From Macrostomum lignano (taxonomy: Eukaryota): 64,000 nt of DNA. Below, one piece after another: positions 47,592-60,745 of this stretch; positions within the stretch are counted from its first letter, which is position 1, and each line of letters opens with the position of its first letter. A program made the position numbers and the translations under genes. The DNA lies in contig NIVC01001522.1 in the NCBI GenBank assembly GCA_002269645.1, positions 186,001-250,000 of the forward strand. Reading direction: 5' to 3'. Under the pieces are notes generated by a model, which was not told where the DNA came from, did not search any database, and worked only from the letters and a program-made list of their open reading frames with translations.

Positions 47592-49811
47592 CTATGGCTC
47601 TACGGCGCATGAAACCGAGCAAAAGTATGCTCCGGACAAAATTTTAGTTTTTGGGGGAAAGCCAGCTCTTTCACAGTGCGACTTGCGCCCGCAGCCATCG
47701 CACTGGATCCACTGTAGCACTGCATCATTTGGTTTTAGGCAGACATCCGCCTGACATACCTCAACTTCTAGAGCTGCATGGCTATTCACCCCTTCATGTC
47801 TACGGCCCTGTCCACGGACACGACCACGTCCACTGCTTCGACCTCGACGCGCATCACTGCCAGCAGCAGCATCAGCATCAGCACTAGCAACTGCTGGACT
47901 AACAAGCCTCAGTCGCCGGGTCGATTTTGCTGTTTTGAGCGGCTCCCAAACCTTTGGCTCGTCACACGTGCATGATACTAATGCTCGACAGACGCACGAA
48001 AGGTCCCTGTATTCAATACCTCGCTCAGACTTCCAGACGTGGTGTATCTTTGAAGCCCCGGGCATTTTATTCAGGTTCAGCATGAGCAACACATTCGTGA
48101 ACTCGATGTCGCGAGCTTCTACGTGCCACGTCAGCACTCCCAGTGCATTGTCAGTCTTAAAAGCATCCAAGACATCTTCTGGTGTCACAACGTTGCTGCT
48201 TGTTGCCACCACAAGGTCACAGCGGCGCTTCACAGCAGCACCGACTCCGTCAGCCGCACCTTTGCCGTGCCCTGCTTCTGTGTATATCCACTACCAGTTA
48301 AAATTTTCTAAGCGGAGTAGCAGCCGATGGAATATATAAAGCATGTTCTGTACTGGCTCGATGGTGAATCCGAGATTACAGAGATGCGTGTAAGTGGCGT
48401 TCCCATGTCACTGAACTTCTGCTTGAAAAAGCGGATAACTGGTTGCAGGTGAGCGGCAATAGCATCAGCAGTCTGGCGTTCACCAGATACGGACACAAAG
48501 GAGCGCGGTGACTGGCCCGCTATGCACGCAACGCCCTGGTGAATTACAATCTGCTCCTGGTCCCCAAAGTGGGTCGCCTGCACCTCCTTGTTATACTTGG
48601 TGCCGTAATTTTCCGAAAAATCGACGTGAAGCACCAGATGTCCGGGCTCCAGCGTCGACTTTAGACGACGAATCGCAAAACACTGGTTCCTGAGACGCAT
48701 CAGGTGACCAGCAAATCTTTCCAGGTGTTGTTGGAACATTTTGACAGCGTCCTCACTCTTCATAGTATCCCGGATGACTTCAACGCCACTACGGCCGCCA
48801 GTCAATGGTCGCCACGCGTGGAATGTCACCTCCGACTTACTTGCTGCCGTAGAAGTGATGGGCGACTTTCTTACACACTTGTTGCACTGTCGCAAAAGGC
48901 AGGCATTTGACTTGTCAGAGCAGACAATCAAAATTAGAAGATCACGCAAGTTGGTGGTGATGGTCAGCCCTGCCGAGTGCATGCCTTTTGCCAGCAGCTC
49001 CAAGTTTGTGCACTGCATACACATGCAGAGGTTGCGATCGCACAAGCGGGGCTGTACCAGATGCCATGGCTTCCATCGGTAAAAGGTTGCCAAACTGATC
49101 TTGGCGTTTGGATTTTCAATCATGAATTTGTTGTACAGCGCCCGGACTGTTGTCGTCAGATAACGCTTCTGTCGCTTCTTCTCTCACATTAGTGCATGGA
49201 TCTCTCCGGGTGATGGTCTCATGCTTGGAGGCACTAGATCGAGAGTTTTCCTCATCAAGGAAAGTTTGTCACGGCCATTCGTAGGATACTTACACGCTTC
49301 GCAGATTTTTCCTTTAAAACTTTTTGAGCGAACCCGAATAGTTTTACAACGTCTCTTTGACTGGATTCCTCAACTTCTCGACAAACCATACGAAACAACC
49401 GTCGACAGTATTTTTGGCGCCTAACGGCTGCTAGCGTCTGCATGATTTTGGCATTTGAGCTCAGCGCTTCATCTCTGTGCATTTTTTGCAGCAGCTATTG
49501 CTTGGTTGGCCTTTTTTAACTTGTGACGCAAGACCTTGCGACGATTCTCAGAAGCGGCAAACTTCGTAGCAATTTCTTCTATCTTTAACTTCAGCTTGCT
49601 TCGCTCTCTTTTTCTTGCAGCCTCAGACCGAGAAACAGCTGAGTTATTTTGGTAATTATTTTCCTGTGTTAGTGTGTTTTGGCATGAAAGACTTCTCTAT
49701 TCGTTGCTGCTTCCGATGAGCCCTAAAACCGCTATAGTCGCCAAATTTCTTTTCGATGTACCTTCGATCATACTCTCGCTTCTTTTCTCGCCTGGTTGAT
49801 TTGAAAGGCAT
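47592..49811 (-). pseudogene. Decayed Sola2-like DDE transposase with C-terminal PHD finger
   Basis: ISLATFYRWKP, CMCMQCTN, HVDFSENY, EVQATHFG, SDSPSSQYR, WIYTEAGHGKGAADGVGAAVKR and PHD-like WIQCDGCGRKSHCERAG..YFCSVSC; several stops and frameshifts. Confidence 0.8.
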
Positions 49812-49898
49812 GGCTGCAAGGAATTTAAAATGACATGGTTACTTGGAATTCTAGACTGTTATTTGTATTTTATATTTGTACTTATATTTTGTATATAT

Positions 49899-50836
49899 TG
49901 TGCTAGGCTTTCTTCCTCTACCTCTCAAAATGCCACCAAGTTGTGCTAGACCTTATGTTTCCTACTGAAAAAAACTATCTCACCAATTTGCTGCAGTCCT
50001 TTAGTTCTAATTTCTTTATCCTATAAATTGTCACTAGTATATCTACTTTGAGTAGCGTTGGCAGCCCGAAACTATTACTCTTCCTAGAAACTTCTAATTT
50101 CACACGATTTCCTAGAAATCTTGTGATAGCGTGTAGTGCCCGAGCGGTAAGACACTGTCTAATTTCCTAATTTAGTCCGAAAGTCTAGCGTTTTCCGAGG
50201 ATCAAGGGTGTCCAGCAGTAGCTAATTCACTCCTCTAATGCCTAATCTCCTAGCGTCTAATACCTATTATTAGCCAGTACGGCTTTCTTAGAGTCTGTAC
50301 GACCTTAATTTTCTCCTTATTTTTAGACCTCTATCTTGGATCTCCACGACCTCTAGTTTCTCCCTATTCAGATCCCTAGTTCTGGGTCTCCACGACCTCT
50401 GGTTTCTCCCTATTCTGATCCCTAGTTCTGGGTCTCCACGACCTCTGGTTTCTCCCTATTCTGATCCCTAGTCCTGTATTCGTACAAAGAACTAAGACTC
50501 GCAGGTTTCAACTTACGTTTGGTTTGAATGTTAAACGCTGCTTCTCCGATTGAGAGCGAGCTCGCGAAGATTCGCGGAAGAGCAAGTTACTTTTATTTTT
50601 GGTAAATTGTTTCGCTTATATAGGGGATAAAACTCGATTTGATTGGTTGACATTAATTATAACAAAAATAGTTTACGAAATTTTAACAAAGTATTAAACT
50701 CCATTGGCTGAGATTATTTAAAACAAAACAATTTAGGGATTTAAACAAGGAAATTCACTGATTGGCTGAGTAAAAATAGCTCATTAAACCCGCTTAAAAC
50801 TACTATTAGTAAGAATAAAAGATCGACCCTATTACA
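49899..50836 (-). mobile_element. Solo LTR B (938 bp) with ATAT target duplication and internal 46-bp x3 repeat
   Basis: TGTGCTAGG..CCCTATTACA flanked by ATAT (49895-98 and 50837-40). First ~570 bp clearly homologous to LTR A. Minus-strand TATATAAG and several CCAAT boxes. Confidence 0.85.
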
Positions 50837-52603
50837 ATATTTTTTGTACTTTTTGTACTTATATATTTGTATTTATACTGCTGCATGTCCAGCTTTCACT
50901 AGGAGTTTTGCTTCCAATAACGAGACAGATTACAGCTGGTACGCCGATTTTTGCTCCTGAATCGGTCAAATGTTATTCTGTTTAGCCTAGCTACATGTAA
51001 ATGAAACTCATCCCACATTTAGAATTTTAGACTAAAGCAATGAACTTGAGATCTGAAATCTTGAATGTTTCGTCGTTATTAAAGCATTATTTCAAACGCT
51101 GCTAATATGAACAGCAAGTATCCTACCGATGTTTCCCTTTTCCATCGTTCCTTATTTCCTTTAAATGTATATAATTCGTCACTTCTTTTTGAAAAATCAG
51201 ACGCAAAATGCACTACTTTGAGAAGTAGACAGACAGAAAGTAATTGAATTAATCTAATTTTAGCCGGAATCTATTGAATGTAAGATTATCCTAATAATAT
51301 AATAGATATTTTGCTATTTAAGTCTTCATATAAACGATTCTTAGAGGACGAGCGTACATGCATATTCAAATGGTATGCTAGACTGAAAAATGGCATGCAG
51401 ATGCATCTAAATTATTATAGCTTCAAAATTCGAAAATTATTTGTAAACTATATACACTACTTTTTCTGATACTCAAAATAGACAGGACTTAAAATGCAGT
51501 ATAGAAATTTTAATATTGATAGAGCTGGTTGTCCTGTTTTAATTTTTATAAGTGTAACTGTACTAGCATACTTTGAACAAATAATTAGTTTAATGACAGT
51601 GATAAGTAATTCTGCGAACTTCAGCTATCAAAATTAATTTTTTGCATTGAAGCAAAAGAAACAGAAAAAACTAGATGATAACAACATTAAAATATGTTGT
51701 AAATTTATAGTATTACCTTACATGTATAGCTACACAAGTGATGAATCACACATTATGTACATTTATACCAAAAGTATCGACTTTTAACAGAAATGACTAA
51801 AAATGCTTCTAACCCCATATGTACTTTATTATTGTGGTAAGTTTCAGATCTGCAGTTTGCTCCAGGTCACCGTGCTGAATTTCGGGTTACAAAAATATGA
51901 GCATTTGTGCACATTTTCTGTATTTTTTTGCAATTTGTATTTTATACAAGTAAGCAATCCAAAAATAAAAAATGCCTAATTGTGCCATTGTTAGGAGTAG
52001 TTATTATTAATTTCGTGCATTTTAATCCTCTAGTTTCGTCAGAATGAATTTCGAATTGCACCAATTTTGTGGTAGGGAAAATTGACCTGTGTAAAGAACT
52101 TATTGATTTTCATAAAAACCTCTGCCGATTCTGTCCAGATACAATCATTAACGTGAGCATCTAATGCTAAAGTTCTCTAAAAAACAAAATTTTCCATTGC
52201 TTTTTTCAACGAAAAAAGTAGGACATGCATAAGTGGTCCGTAAAAGCTTTTAATTCAGAGTTGTAAATTTCAGTGCCAATATTTCTATGTCAAAAATACA
52301 GCAGCAAACAATATCTTTACTTTCTGTACTCTGAAACGCATAAATTAGATAGTTATCTGCAAAAAACATACGACCAAGTTGAGACAACAAATAAACATAC
52401 TCTCAAAAGACTAAATAATGTGTAAAAATATAGTCAGTCAATCCGTGGAAAGTAATTTCTCGATAAAGATAAACTGCCGTTATAGGCTTATTTTCGCAAC
52501 TTTTTGTAAAGCTTTATGTATAAATCAAGTATTTCTTCCTAACGTACACATTAGATTAATTTGCCTTCTGATTTTTCTTGACATTCTCAATATCTCAGAA
52601 GTT

Positions 52604-55398
52604 TTATAAAGCTTTTGTTTGTTTTAACGTACTAACCATTTTTTTAGAATGACCCGGCAGATCGGCCTTGAAATGCCCTATTCGACCTGTCGCTAGGATG
52701 AACCGCTTGAGGGCGCGGCGACAATTGCGAAACTTCATCTCCTGCGTGCCGGGACTGTTCTGCGGTTCGTCATCTTTTTGCTCAGGGGCTTGCTCCTCGC
52801 CTAGGTCCACTCTGAGTAGAGCCGCAAAGTCGATTCCTTCGGGCTGTTGGCTTGTCGTTACTTCATCCGATTCCTCGATCGTGTTGAGGCCCTCTTTATG
52901 TTGTCTGATCTCTTCCATTAATCTCGCCATCTCATCTATAAACTCTACTTCCTCTATTTTGGTCTCCCTCTCCAACTCTTCCAAATCTATCAATGACTAA
53001 ATTCCCTTCTGGCTCGCTACCTTCTTCTTTTAGCTCCTGTTTCCGCTTCTTGCAGTCGTCTTCGCTGCTTGCTACATGCACGGCCCTAATTCGCAGGGGT
53101 TCGTTCTCTTCTTGTTCCTCCTCGTGCCTTCTCTTTTGGCCATAGATCTTCTTAGGGTAGCTACGGAGTGGGGCGTCGGCCATCGTTTATTCAACTCTTG
53201 AGCCGTAAGAGGTTGAATGGGTTGAAGAATCCTCTGTACATAACTTTTTCTGACTTGGCCTAACAGTTCATCTATCTGGAGCATGACGCTCTCTCGCTGG
53301 TCTGGCTTTTAAATTATTCCCTATATTATTATTATTAATATTAATATTATTATTATTATTGTTATCATTCAATTGTCCTGGCATAACTCCTTGTACACCT
53401 AATAGATTATTTTGATTGTTATTTAGATGCTGCACTTGCTGATTTGGTACTGGCACTAACTGCACATGCACATTATTTTGATTTTGCTCTGGCATTAACT
53501 GCGCATTTTTTTGACTTTGCACTGGCGTGAACTGCACTGCATCTCCATACTCATCCTCGCTTTCTGATTCGTTGTACACATTCGGCTGATTAGTTAATTG
53601 TTCCCTACTGCACTGCTTTCTCTGTTTTTTTGGCTTAGCACTAACTTCTTCCTGATACTCTACTTGTGGTGCTCTCATTTGATTATCCCTATGCATAATA
53701 AGTTCCTGTTTTCTAGCTTTTTTATTTTTTTAACTGGCCTCATCTTAAAAACTACTTCGGATAGTTGTTCTACAATTTCGTAAACTGGTCTGTTGTTTTC
53801 TGTAAAATTTTTTAGCCTCTGTGTTGGCAATTACTGGATTATTGATAAATGCTAAACTTCCTACAGGCAATGTTTTCGGCTTAGGCTTATTAGAGTATTC
53901 CTGCCCACGGTTTTGTTTCACTAACTTTAATCTCTTTCTCGCTAGTTCTTGGCCTTCCTGCAGATTCATCTAATGTTCATTCATCTAATAAGATGGCCAA
54001 CTTGGAACTGCTTTGGCTCGTTCAGCTCATTTTCGCAGGGCATTTTGGCCTCTCCTAAGACTAAAGAGTGCAGACTAAATCCTGTGGCAGTGTGCGTGCT
54101 GGTTCTCAGAGCTGTTATGCAACCTGGCAACAGAACGTCCCAGTTGGAATGCTTCTTCTCCAGTAAACAGTCGAGAATTGATTTAATCTGCTCTGCGGAT
54201 AGTAACTAGTTGTTCAGGTGCGTCTAATGCCATGAAGGTCTAAAAATTTCTTAAAGGCCCTACCAGTGAACTGTGTTCCCTTGTCTGTGTGAATGCATTG
54301 TGGAATCTCAAAATCAGCGAAAACGTGTTCTTGCAAAATCTTGATAACTGTTTTAGCCTTCTGATTCTTAATTGCGTATGCGAATGGAAACTTGCTAGTG
54401 CTGTCTATTACTGAAAGTACATATTTGTTCTCTGAATTTCTAGTTTTGCCAATAGGTGCTATCAGATTTATGTGTAATCTACAAAACGGTTTGACTACAG
54501 GATAGTTCTGAATTGGTGCCTTAATTATTTGTCTAGTCTTACTTTCTAAGCATGATTTACATTTGGCTACGTAGCGTTCGACTGTTGTTGCTAATCCTAG
54601 CCTCCAAAATCGAGTTTTAATTCTCTGATAAGTTTTATCTCGACCTAGGTGTCCCGCTAACGGGGAATCACGCAATTGGTGAAAGACTTCACTATCCAGA
54701 GACTTAAGTAACACTACCTTTGGATCAGTCTGCCCCATAGATAAGTCTACTTTGAGTAGACCGTCCTCAATTCGGAGCAACTCATAATAACCTAGAATGT
54801 TCCTACAGTCGTGGGTTAATTCTAGCCGTTCTTGAAATGTCTGTTTAGGCGAGTCATTCTCAATTGGATTTCTAACAAAGCCTACCGCTGGATCGGCTGG
54901 CTGTGCTGCGATCAATTGGTCATGGCAAACTGGGCTACAGAGATAGTCACTGAGCAGGGCATTGCGTGCAGGCGGATTTCTGGTTTTAGGCTCCTGTCCC
55001 TGTCTATTGTCTAGCCTACTGCTACTTAAGATCGAAGTATTGTGTCGGTTTGTGACAGTGTCTTGTGACGAACAGCATGACAGAACTCCACTGCTCGAGC
55101 TACGGGTTTCGGCAAACGCGGAATTGCCTGAGCTGACAGTAGAAGCTAAAGCTGGGTCTATATTTACAGTTTCCCTACCTGGCATGTGGGGACATCTCAT
55201 GGGTCGTTATGAGGTCGTTGCAGGGTGCAAATACAGTCTGTAGGCCCTGTGAGCTTTTGTCCACTGGAGCGCAAAGCCTCACTGACTCTCGCATTTTCCC
55301 CTGCCATTAACGCTCCTTTGAGGAGGAAACCGTTGTGCAACTTGCCGGAATCAGATGTGCCGTCCCTCACCTTTACCATCGTGCCCTTTAGAAGTCAC
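52604..55398 (-). mobile_element. Ty3/gypsy-type LTR retrotransposon remnant (integrase plus downstream decayed ORFs)
   Basis: 54214-55200 has the integrase zinc-binding region (AGHLGRDKT..CKSC) and core (LHINLI, VIDSTSKF, IHTDKGTQF). A frameshifted tail follows (WDVLLP..RTSTHTATGFS), then N/Q-rich and acidic ORF pieces at 52604-53696. Confidence 0.85.
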
Positions 55399-57579
55399 CA
55401 CTGAAAAAATCGATGACGGTTCTATAACAAAATTTCGTTATCGAATCGTGAGCGAAAATGGCACACAGGATCTGTACGAATCCAATGATAGATAGTTGAC
55501 AGAAGTTTCGATACGATATTTTAGTCATAGTCTACTTGAAGTAGCAGTACGGAAATTTAAATCAACGAGGCTTTGAATTTTATGTTGTTGCATGAAGATC
55601 AGTTCTTCAGTGGAGCTGTGGATTTTTTCTTTTATTTAATGAAGTCACATTTACATGCACCATAAGCAAGACTGCAAGTCACAAACTTTACAAAAATAGT
55701 ACGCGTATTTTTAAGCAAAAGGATAATAAAACGAGACATGCATGCACATCAGTCCGGCCCTTGTACATTTACTTGAAAGTAGCCCATTTTTCATTTTGAT
55801 TATTATAGAGTTGAATTTGACCACAGCACACATAGAAACTTTGAAACTAGAAGTATATGCTAGTATTTCGGCAAAGCACAAGCGCTAAATTTTTTTTTGA
55901 GAAAAATAAAAAGGTAATCTGCTGTTAAGTGATTAAATGTCAGACTCCCGGATAGCAAATAATGCAAATTAGTGTACAGCGTATTCTGCTAATTAACATT
56001 GAAAAGTTTTGTGCAACTGGCATTACAGTGTTTAAAATGTTTTGGTTACATAAGAATAAAATTGCAGTTGAAAACCCATTAAAATGAAGTAGAGAGTAAG
56101 TGTTAGCCATAGCATACAATAAATACAGACTGCATTACATAAATTTCTATAAGAGCTACTTGAACCCACTTACAGTAGTATAGTGGGAAGGTGTGCATGT
56201 AAAGCTATGAATAGCAAGTAAATCCATGCGAGAATTATTCATGCTTGACCGAAACTACATGTACACCTTGTGCAATTGTCTTAAATTTTTTACTAGCAAA
56301 CCCATATCCTAAAAATAATATTTAATACTAATGCACAGCACTAATTTTGTTAATCAGTCCTTCTTAAGAAACAGTAAGGAAACCCATGTGATGCAGGTGA
56401 GCCGCTAAATTGTAAAATCCCAACCAATCGACTGGCTGAGTCTTAACGCATTCAGGTTTAAAACCATATACCATCCCATTTCTACCTCGTATACTGTTCA
56501 TTTATAACTTTATCGTAGAAGCGAATGTACTGTAAGAGGCTGTAGTTTTGACTGTTTTCTTCGCACTCGATGCAAAGCGTACCGATTTTTTTACATACTT
56601 ATATGATGCAGTACCCGCCCGGTAATAATAAATTTACAAAAAAGGAACTACGAGTAAAAAGTACTTTCAAGTCATGGCACAAATGACGAGTGTAGAATCA
56701 CGTTCAGAATCAAAGCCGAAATGGACCTGATTGGCTAGCAGCTGCTTCATAGGTCTGACGCTGGCTCCAGCTCTGCTTCATTCCGCCTTTCTGCGCAGGA
56801 GCGTCGGCCAAAAAGTGGGCCAACTTCTCTATGATTTATTTTTCCGTAATTTTTCCTCCAGGCTGAATTATGGCCTCTACGGATTTAGTGGATTTTTTAC
56901 TGCGTATTATTTGCTGCTATCAAAACTTATTTAATCTTGTTATAAAATGGTATGAAGAGAAGTTTGACTGATAAGTGTAGCATTTTTTCAGCTCGTATTG
57001 CTGTCGGCTAGAATTCCTATCTTTTAAACTTGCCGCTGTAATTCTTTTTTAGATAAGTGGTGCTCAAGCTTAAATGTATCAATTAACTGACTCACTGGAC
57101 TGGATTATCCAAATTCAAATGAGGAACTAGTATAGATTCCATTTCTATTTTTTGTAATTTTTTTGTGAATAGGCTTATAACTCCTATTGAAGAAATAGTA
57201 AAGTGACAAATTATCTATAGTCGCCCTGGTTATTTGAAGATAAAGCTAGGATGCTGTGAGAGTGGCACACTTTTCAATGCGTTACAAGCTTACCTTTTAT
57301 CTGTTGCTCCACCTGTACGAAGCTTCGCTTAGGAGGCGAGGCTTTCCAGTTTGGTTGTACTGGCACTGTACGTCAGTGCTCATTAGGCGATTAGTCATTC
57401 GGCTGACCATGTCACGTAGATTTTCTTCACCTGAAAGCCGAAGCTCGTCGATCTGCAAAATGAACAGTATGGATAATTTCAATAGTTGTTTCTGTTTACC
57501 AGTGCGACTTTTAGCTGTCAGTGCCAACAGTTTTCGTCATGGGAATTGTGATTGATAAAATCAGAATTCAAAAACTTAA
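55399..57579 (-). mobile_element. End of a second CACTA/EnSpm-like element with DUF4806-like gene fragments
   Basis: CACTGAAAAAAT terminus at 55399, where the gypsy sequence stops. Minus-strand pieces LRLSGEENLRDMVSRMTNRLMSTDVQCQYNQTGK (~57300-57460) and IIEKLAHFLADAPAQKGG (~56790-56850). Interrupted by the mariner at 57580. Confidence 0.5.
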
Positions 57580-57581
57580 TA

Positions 57582-58997
57582 CAAGGGGTGTCCCATAAGT
57601 CGGTGCAATTTCTTCACTACAGCCTTTTCTGACCGATCAGAAATATTTATTTTGTAGCAGTTAACAAGAGAATTATCTGCCCGTTAAAATGACTTTTTGT
57701 TTATTTCTGTATCTGCTGGCATTCTTGAGATATGAGAACTTTTCTGCCCCACCCCCTGTGCTACTACAAATTGCCATAGATCAAAGCTTTGTACCTGATG
57801 CACGAAACAACGAAACATTCAACGAATCAACAAAACATCCGCAACATGAAAGCTGAGGAAATAACATTGTCAATGAACATTGTCCTGAGGCTTCTCCACA
57901 TAGTCACCACTGCGCTGCACACACTTCTGCCATCGGCTGTGCATGTCGTCAATGGCATCAGCAAAATCTGAGCGCGGCATCTCATGCAGGAGAACTTGGC
58001 GAGTCAATGCTTCCAGGCTCCCACAAAAAGCAACGATTCGTCCATGCAGCAGCTTCTTCATCCTTGAGCCCTTGACGGCGATCACATTTGCCCACTTCTT
58101 CGGGAGCTCGTTGATTGCCTGCCAAAAGACGGCGCGGAATTCCTGCGAGCGAAGCACGCGCATCGCCTCGGCCTCCACTTGCGCGCGGTCGCTGCTAAGC
58201 ACTCGACCCCGCATGAGCTGCTTGAATGCTCCAAATACTCTGTTGTCACGTCGATTCGCAATAACAGCCACCTTGAGGCGCTCAAGCTGTTCCTGGTAGT
58301 GCACTGAGTTGACAGTCTTGCCATCCGGCAGAAAGTCGACCAGCAGGGGACTTTGACCATCGAAGAAGTGAGAGATAATGATCTTCTTTGTCCACGTCGC
58401 CCGAGGCTTCGTAGGCGAGTTTTAGCCTCGCACGCACCACTCAGCGTCTTTCTGCTTGCCAGCCGACTCAAAAAAGGGCAGCCACGTCTCGTCGCACGTT
58501 ATGATCTTGTCAAGGAAAGGCTGACCCTCGAGAGTGTAGGCAGCCTGCAGCGCGTGTGCAACCTCGACACGTCGACTCTTCTGCTCTGGCGTGAGGATGC
58601 GACGAATCCATCGACAGGAGAGGCGGGACAGCCCAAGATCGGTCTTGAGAATCTCGTGCACATATGGATTTGAAAGGCCAACAGTAGCAGAAAGCCTGCG
58701 AAGTGAGCTCTTAGGCGCAGCTTTTACAGCAGCTTCAACAGCAAGAACGCTTTGCAGACGGGCGCGCACCTGCGCCGGTGTGGAGCCAGATGGGCCAGGC
58801 GCGATGTCAAGCGTGGTGCGGCCCTCTTTGAACTCGCGAACCCACCGTCGGACAGTCGGTTCGCTTGGCACGGCCTCTCCATATGTCGCAACAAGCTCTG
58901 CGTGCATTTCAGCCGCATTTGTGCGTCCGCTGTCGATCCAGAAGCGAATGACGCCACGCATTGTTGGTTTGATGTCTTTTATTGAAGCTGATGTCAT
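57582..58997 (-). mobile_element. Mariner (Tc1/mariner) element with defective transposase; only one TIR seen
   Basis: TA|CAAGGGGTGTCCCATAAGT TIR at 57580-57600. Frame 58997-57870 has one in-frame TAA (58422-24). HTH region, RW(I)RRILT (WVPHEL-equivalent), ITCDETW, TVNSVHY and RWQKCV..GDYVEK are present. Confidence 0.9.
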
Positions 58998-59399
58998 CTT
59001 GTGTTTTTTAGCAACATTTAGCCTACTGAACGGTTAACTTGTGCCAATTGTTGAACTTATTTGCTTAAAGACTGATTAAGCAGAGGGATTGCAGGGTAGG
59101 CTGAGATTTGATGCTGCAATTTGCGGCTTTAGACTGCGATCTGTCACCCGCAGCTAGTGAAATCGCAATTTATAGCCATATAAATCACCACGTGATGGGC
59201 CATAACTCAGCTAATAAAAGTGCTAGATAAAAAAAATCAACACTCATCTAGACCATTGATCGTTTTTCCTTAAGCTAACTGCTGTTTTAGGCAATTTAGA
59301 TGCTGTTATTATAGAAATTAGTGCCCAAACGATCACTATCCCAGCTAGCAACCTTTGTATATGTCAATTGGCTCCATGTAAAATAGCCGTCTTCTCGTC

Positions 59400-59626
59400 G
59401 TTTAAACGAATGCGTTGTCCGATTTTGTTCGAACTTTGCACCATTCGATCAGAAATTTTTCCGTGACGGTACATGTATCTTGGCTAAGAAATTGCTAAAT
59501 GCTAAAGGGATTAAATATTCGAAAAGCATGCTTTTTTTCAAAGGTCAAGCAAACTTTTCGACTTGAAATTCATTGTAAGAATGCTAGAAAAAAATTGACT
59601 TGTTGAATTCTTATTCTGAAATATAT
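59400..59626 (+). mobile_element. Fragment of the Helitron 5' subterminal region
   Basis: Close copy of ~26177-26390 (TTTGCACCATTCGAT..GGCTAAGAAATTGCT..GGATTAAATATTCGAAAA..CAAAGGTCAAGC); lacks the TC terminus. Confidence 0.85.
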
Positions 59627-60409
59627 TGTGGACAAGCGTGGTACCTGCGGTTTAGGCTACTGGTTTGTTGGTTTATTTTTAATTTGATTAATCTGAGCTC
59701 GAGAGACTCCGGGCTTAGATTAAGCTGGAAGATTTCCTAGCTACCTTAATTTGAATGAATAGTTGTTACGATCTAGGTCACCTTGCTCTACTAATCTGCT
59801 ATTACGTACTTTTATTTGGTAGGTCGCTGCCACCAGACTAATGCCCCTTATAATTAATGTTAAATTAAAATAAGTGAGACAAGAGTCAATTTCATATAAG
59901 ATTATTTTAGATCAAACAAACAAAAGAAATATTATTTAACCAAATATGCAAAGAAAGTACACAATTAATCCCTATGTTAACAATTCGGTAGACTCCGATT
60001 CTTAATTATATTAATGGTAGACTTCCTTAGTCTTTCCCTATTTTATCTAACTGACTATACTAATATTCCTATTCTCGGTAGACTCCGTTTGACTAAGTGG
60101 TAGACTCCTTCTTAGCCTCCCTATTTTACCCTTTTTAGAGTTTTATCCTTAACTTACCCTTAATTTCCTTAAGTTTCTATATTAAATCTTTGAAAGGAAA
60201 CTCCCTTATTTTCTATTTTTGAATTGAGATATTTTGTCTCTATAAATACTGTCCTGATGGACGGTCCTGAACGGATCCTTGACTGATTGTCCCGAACGGA
60301 TGCTTCTTCCGAGGCTTTTTCACTTTCACTTCACTTGATAGGTACGAGCGCGTCAGCCCCTATCCGGGGCTCTTACGCTACTAGTATATATTTGGTTTTC
60401 CGAATTATT

Positions 60410-60745
60410 GGTGTAAAATTAGTTCGAGGTTTGAGAAATAAATCTATAATACAGTATAAAAACAAATTGTTTGTGGATAAATATAAAATATTTGGTGTAA
60501 TAGATAAAAATAAAACATTTGATACAATTCTAATAAAACAGCATTTATAACAAATATTTGGTGCAATAAATCAAATATAAAACATTTGGTGCAATAAAAC
60601 AAATAAAACAGCATATATAACAAATATTTAGTGCAATGTATGAGTTGGAAATTTAAAAGAAAAATATTTTTAGTTAATGTGATTTAAATAGCAGTTTTAA
60701 TAGGTGTAATGATAATAAAACAAATAAATACCAATAAATCAAATA
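60410..60745. repeat. Degenerate AT-rich tandem repeat
   Basis: Recurring (AAAT/AACA)ATTTGGTG(C/T)AATAAA and AAATAAAACAGCAT motifs. Confidence 0.65.
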
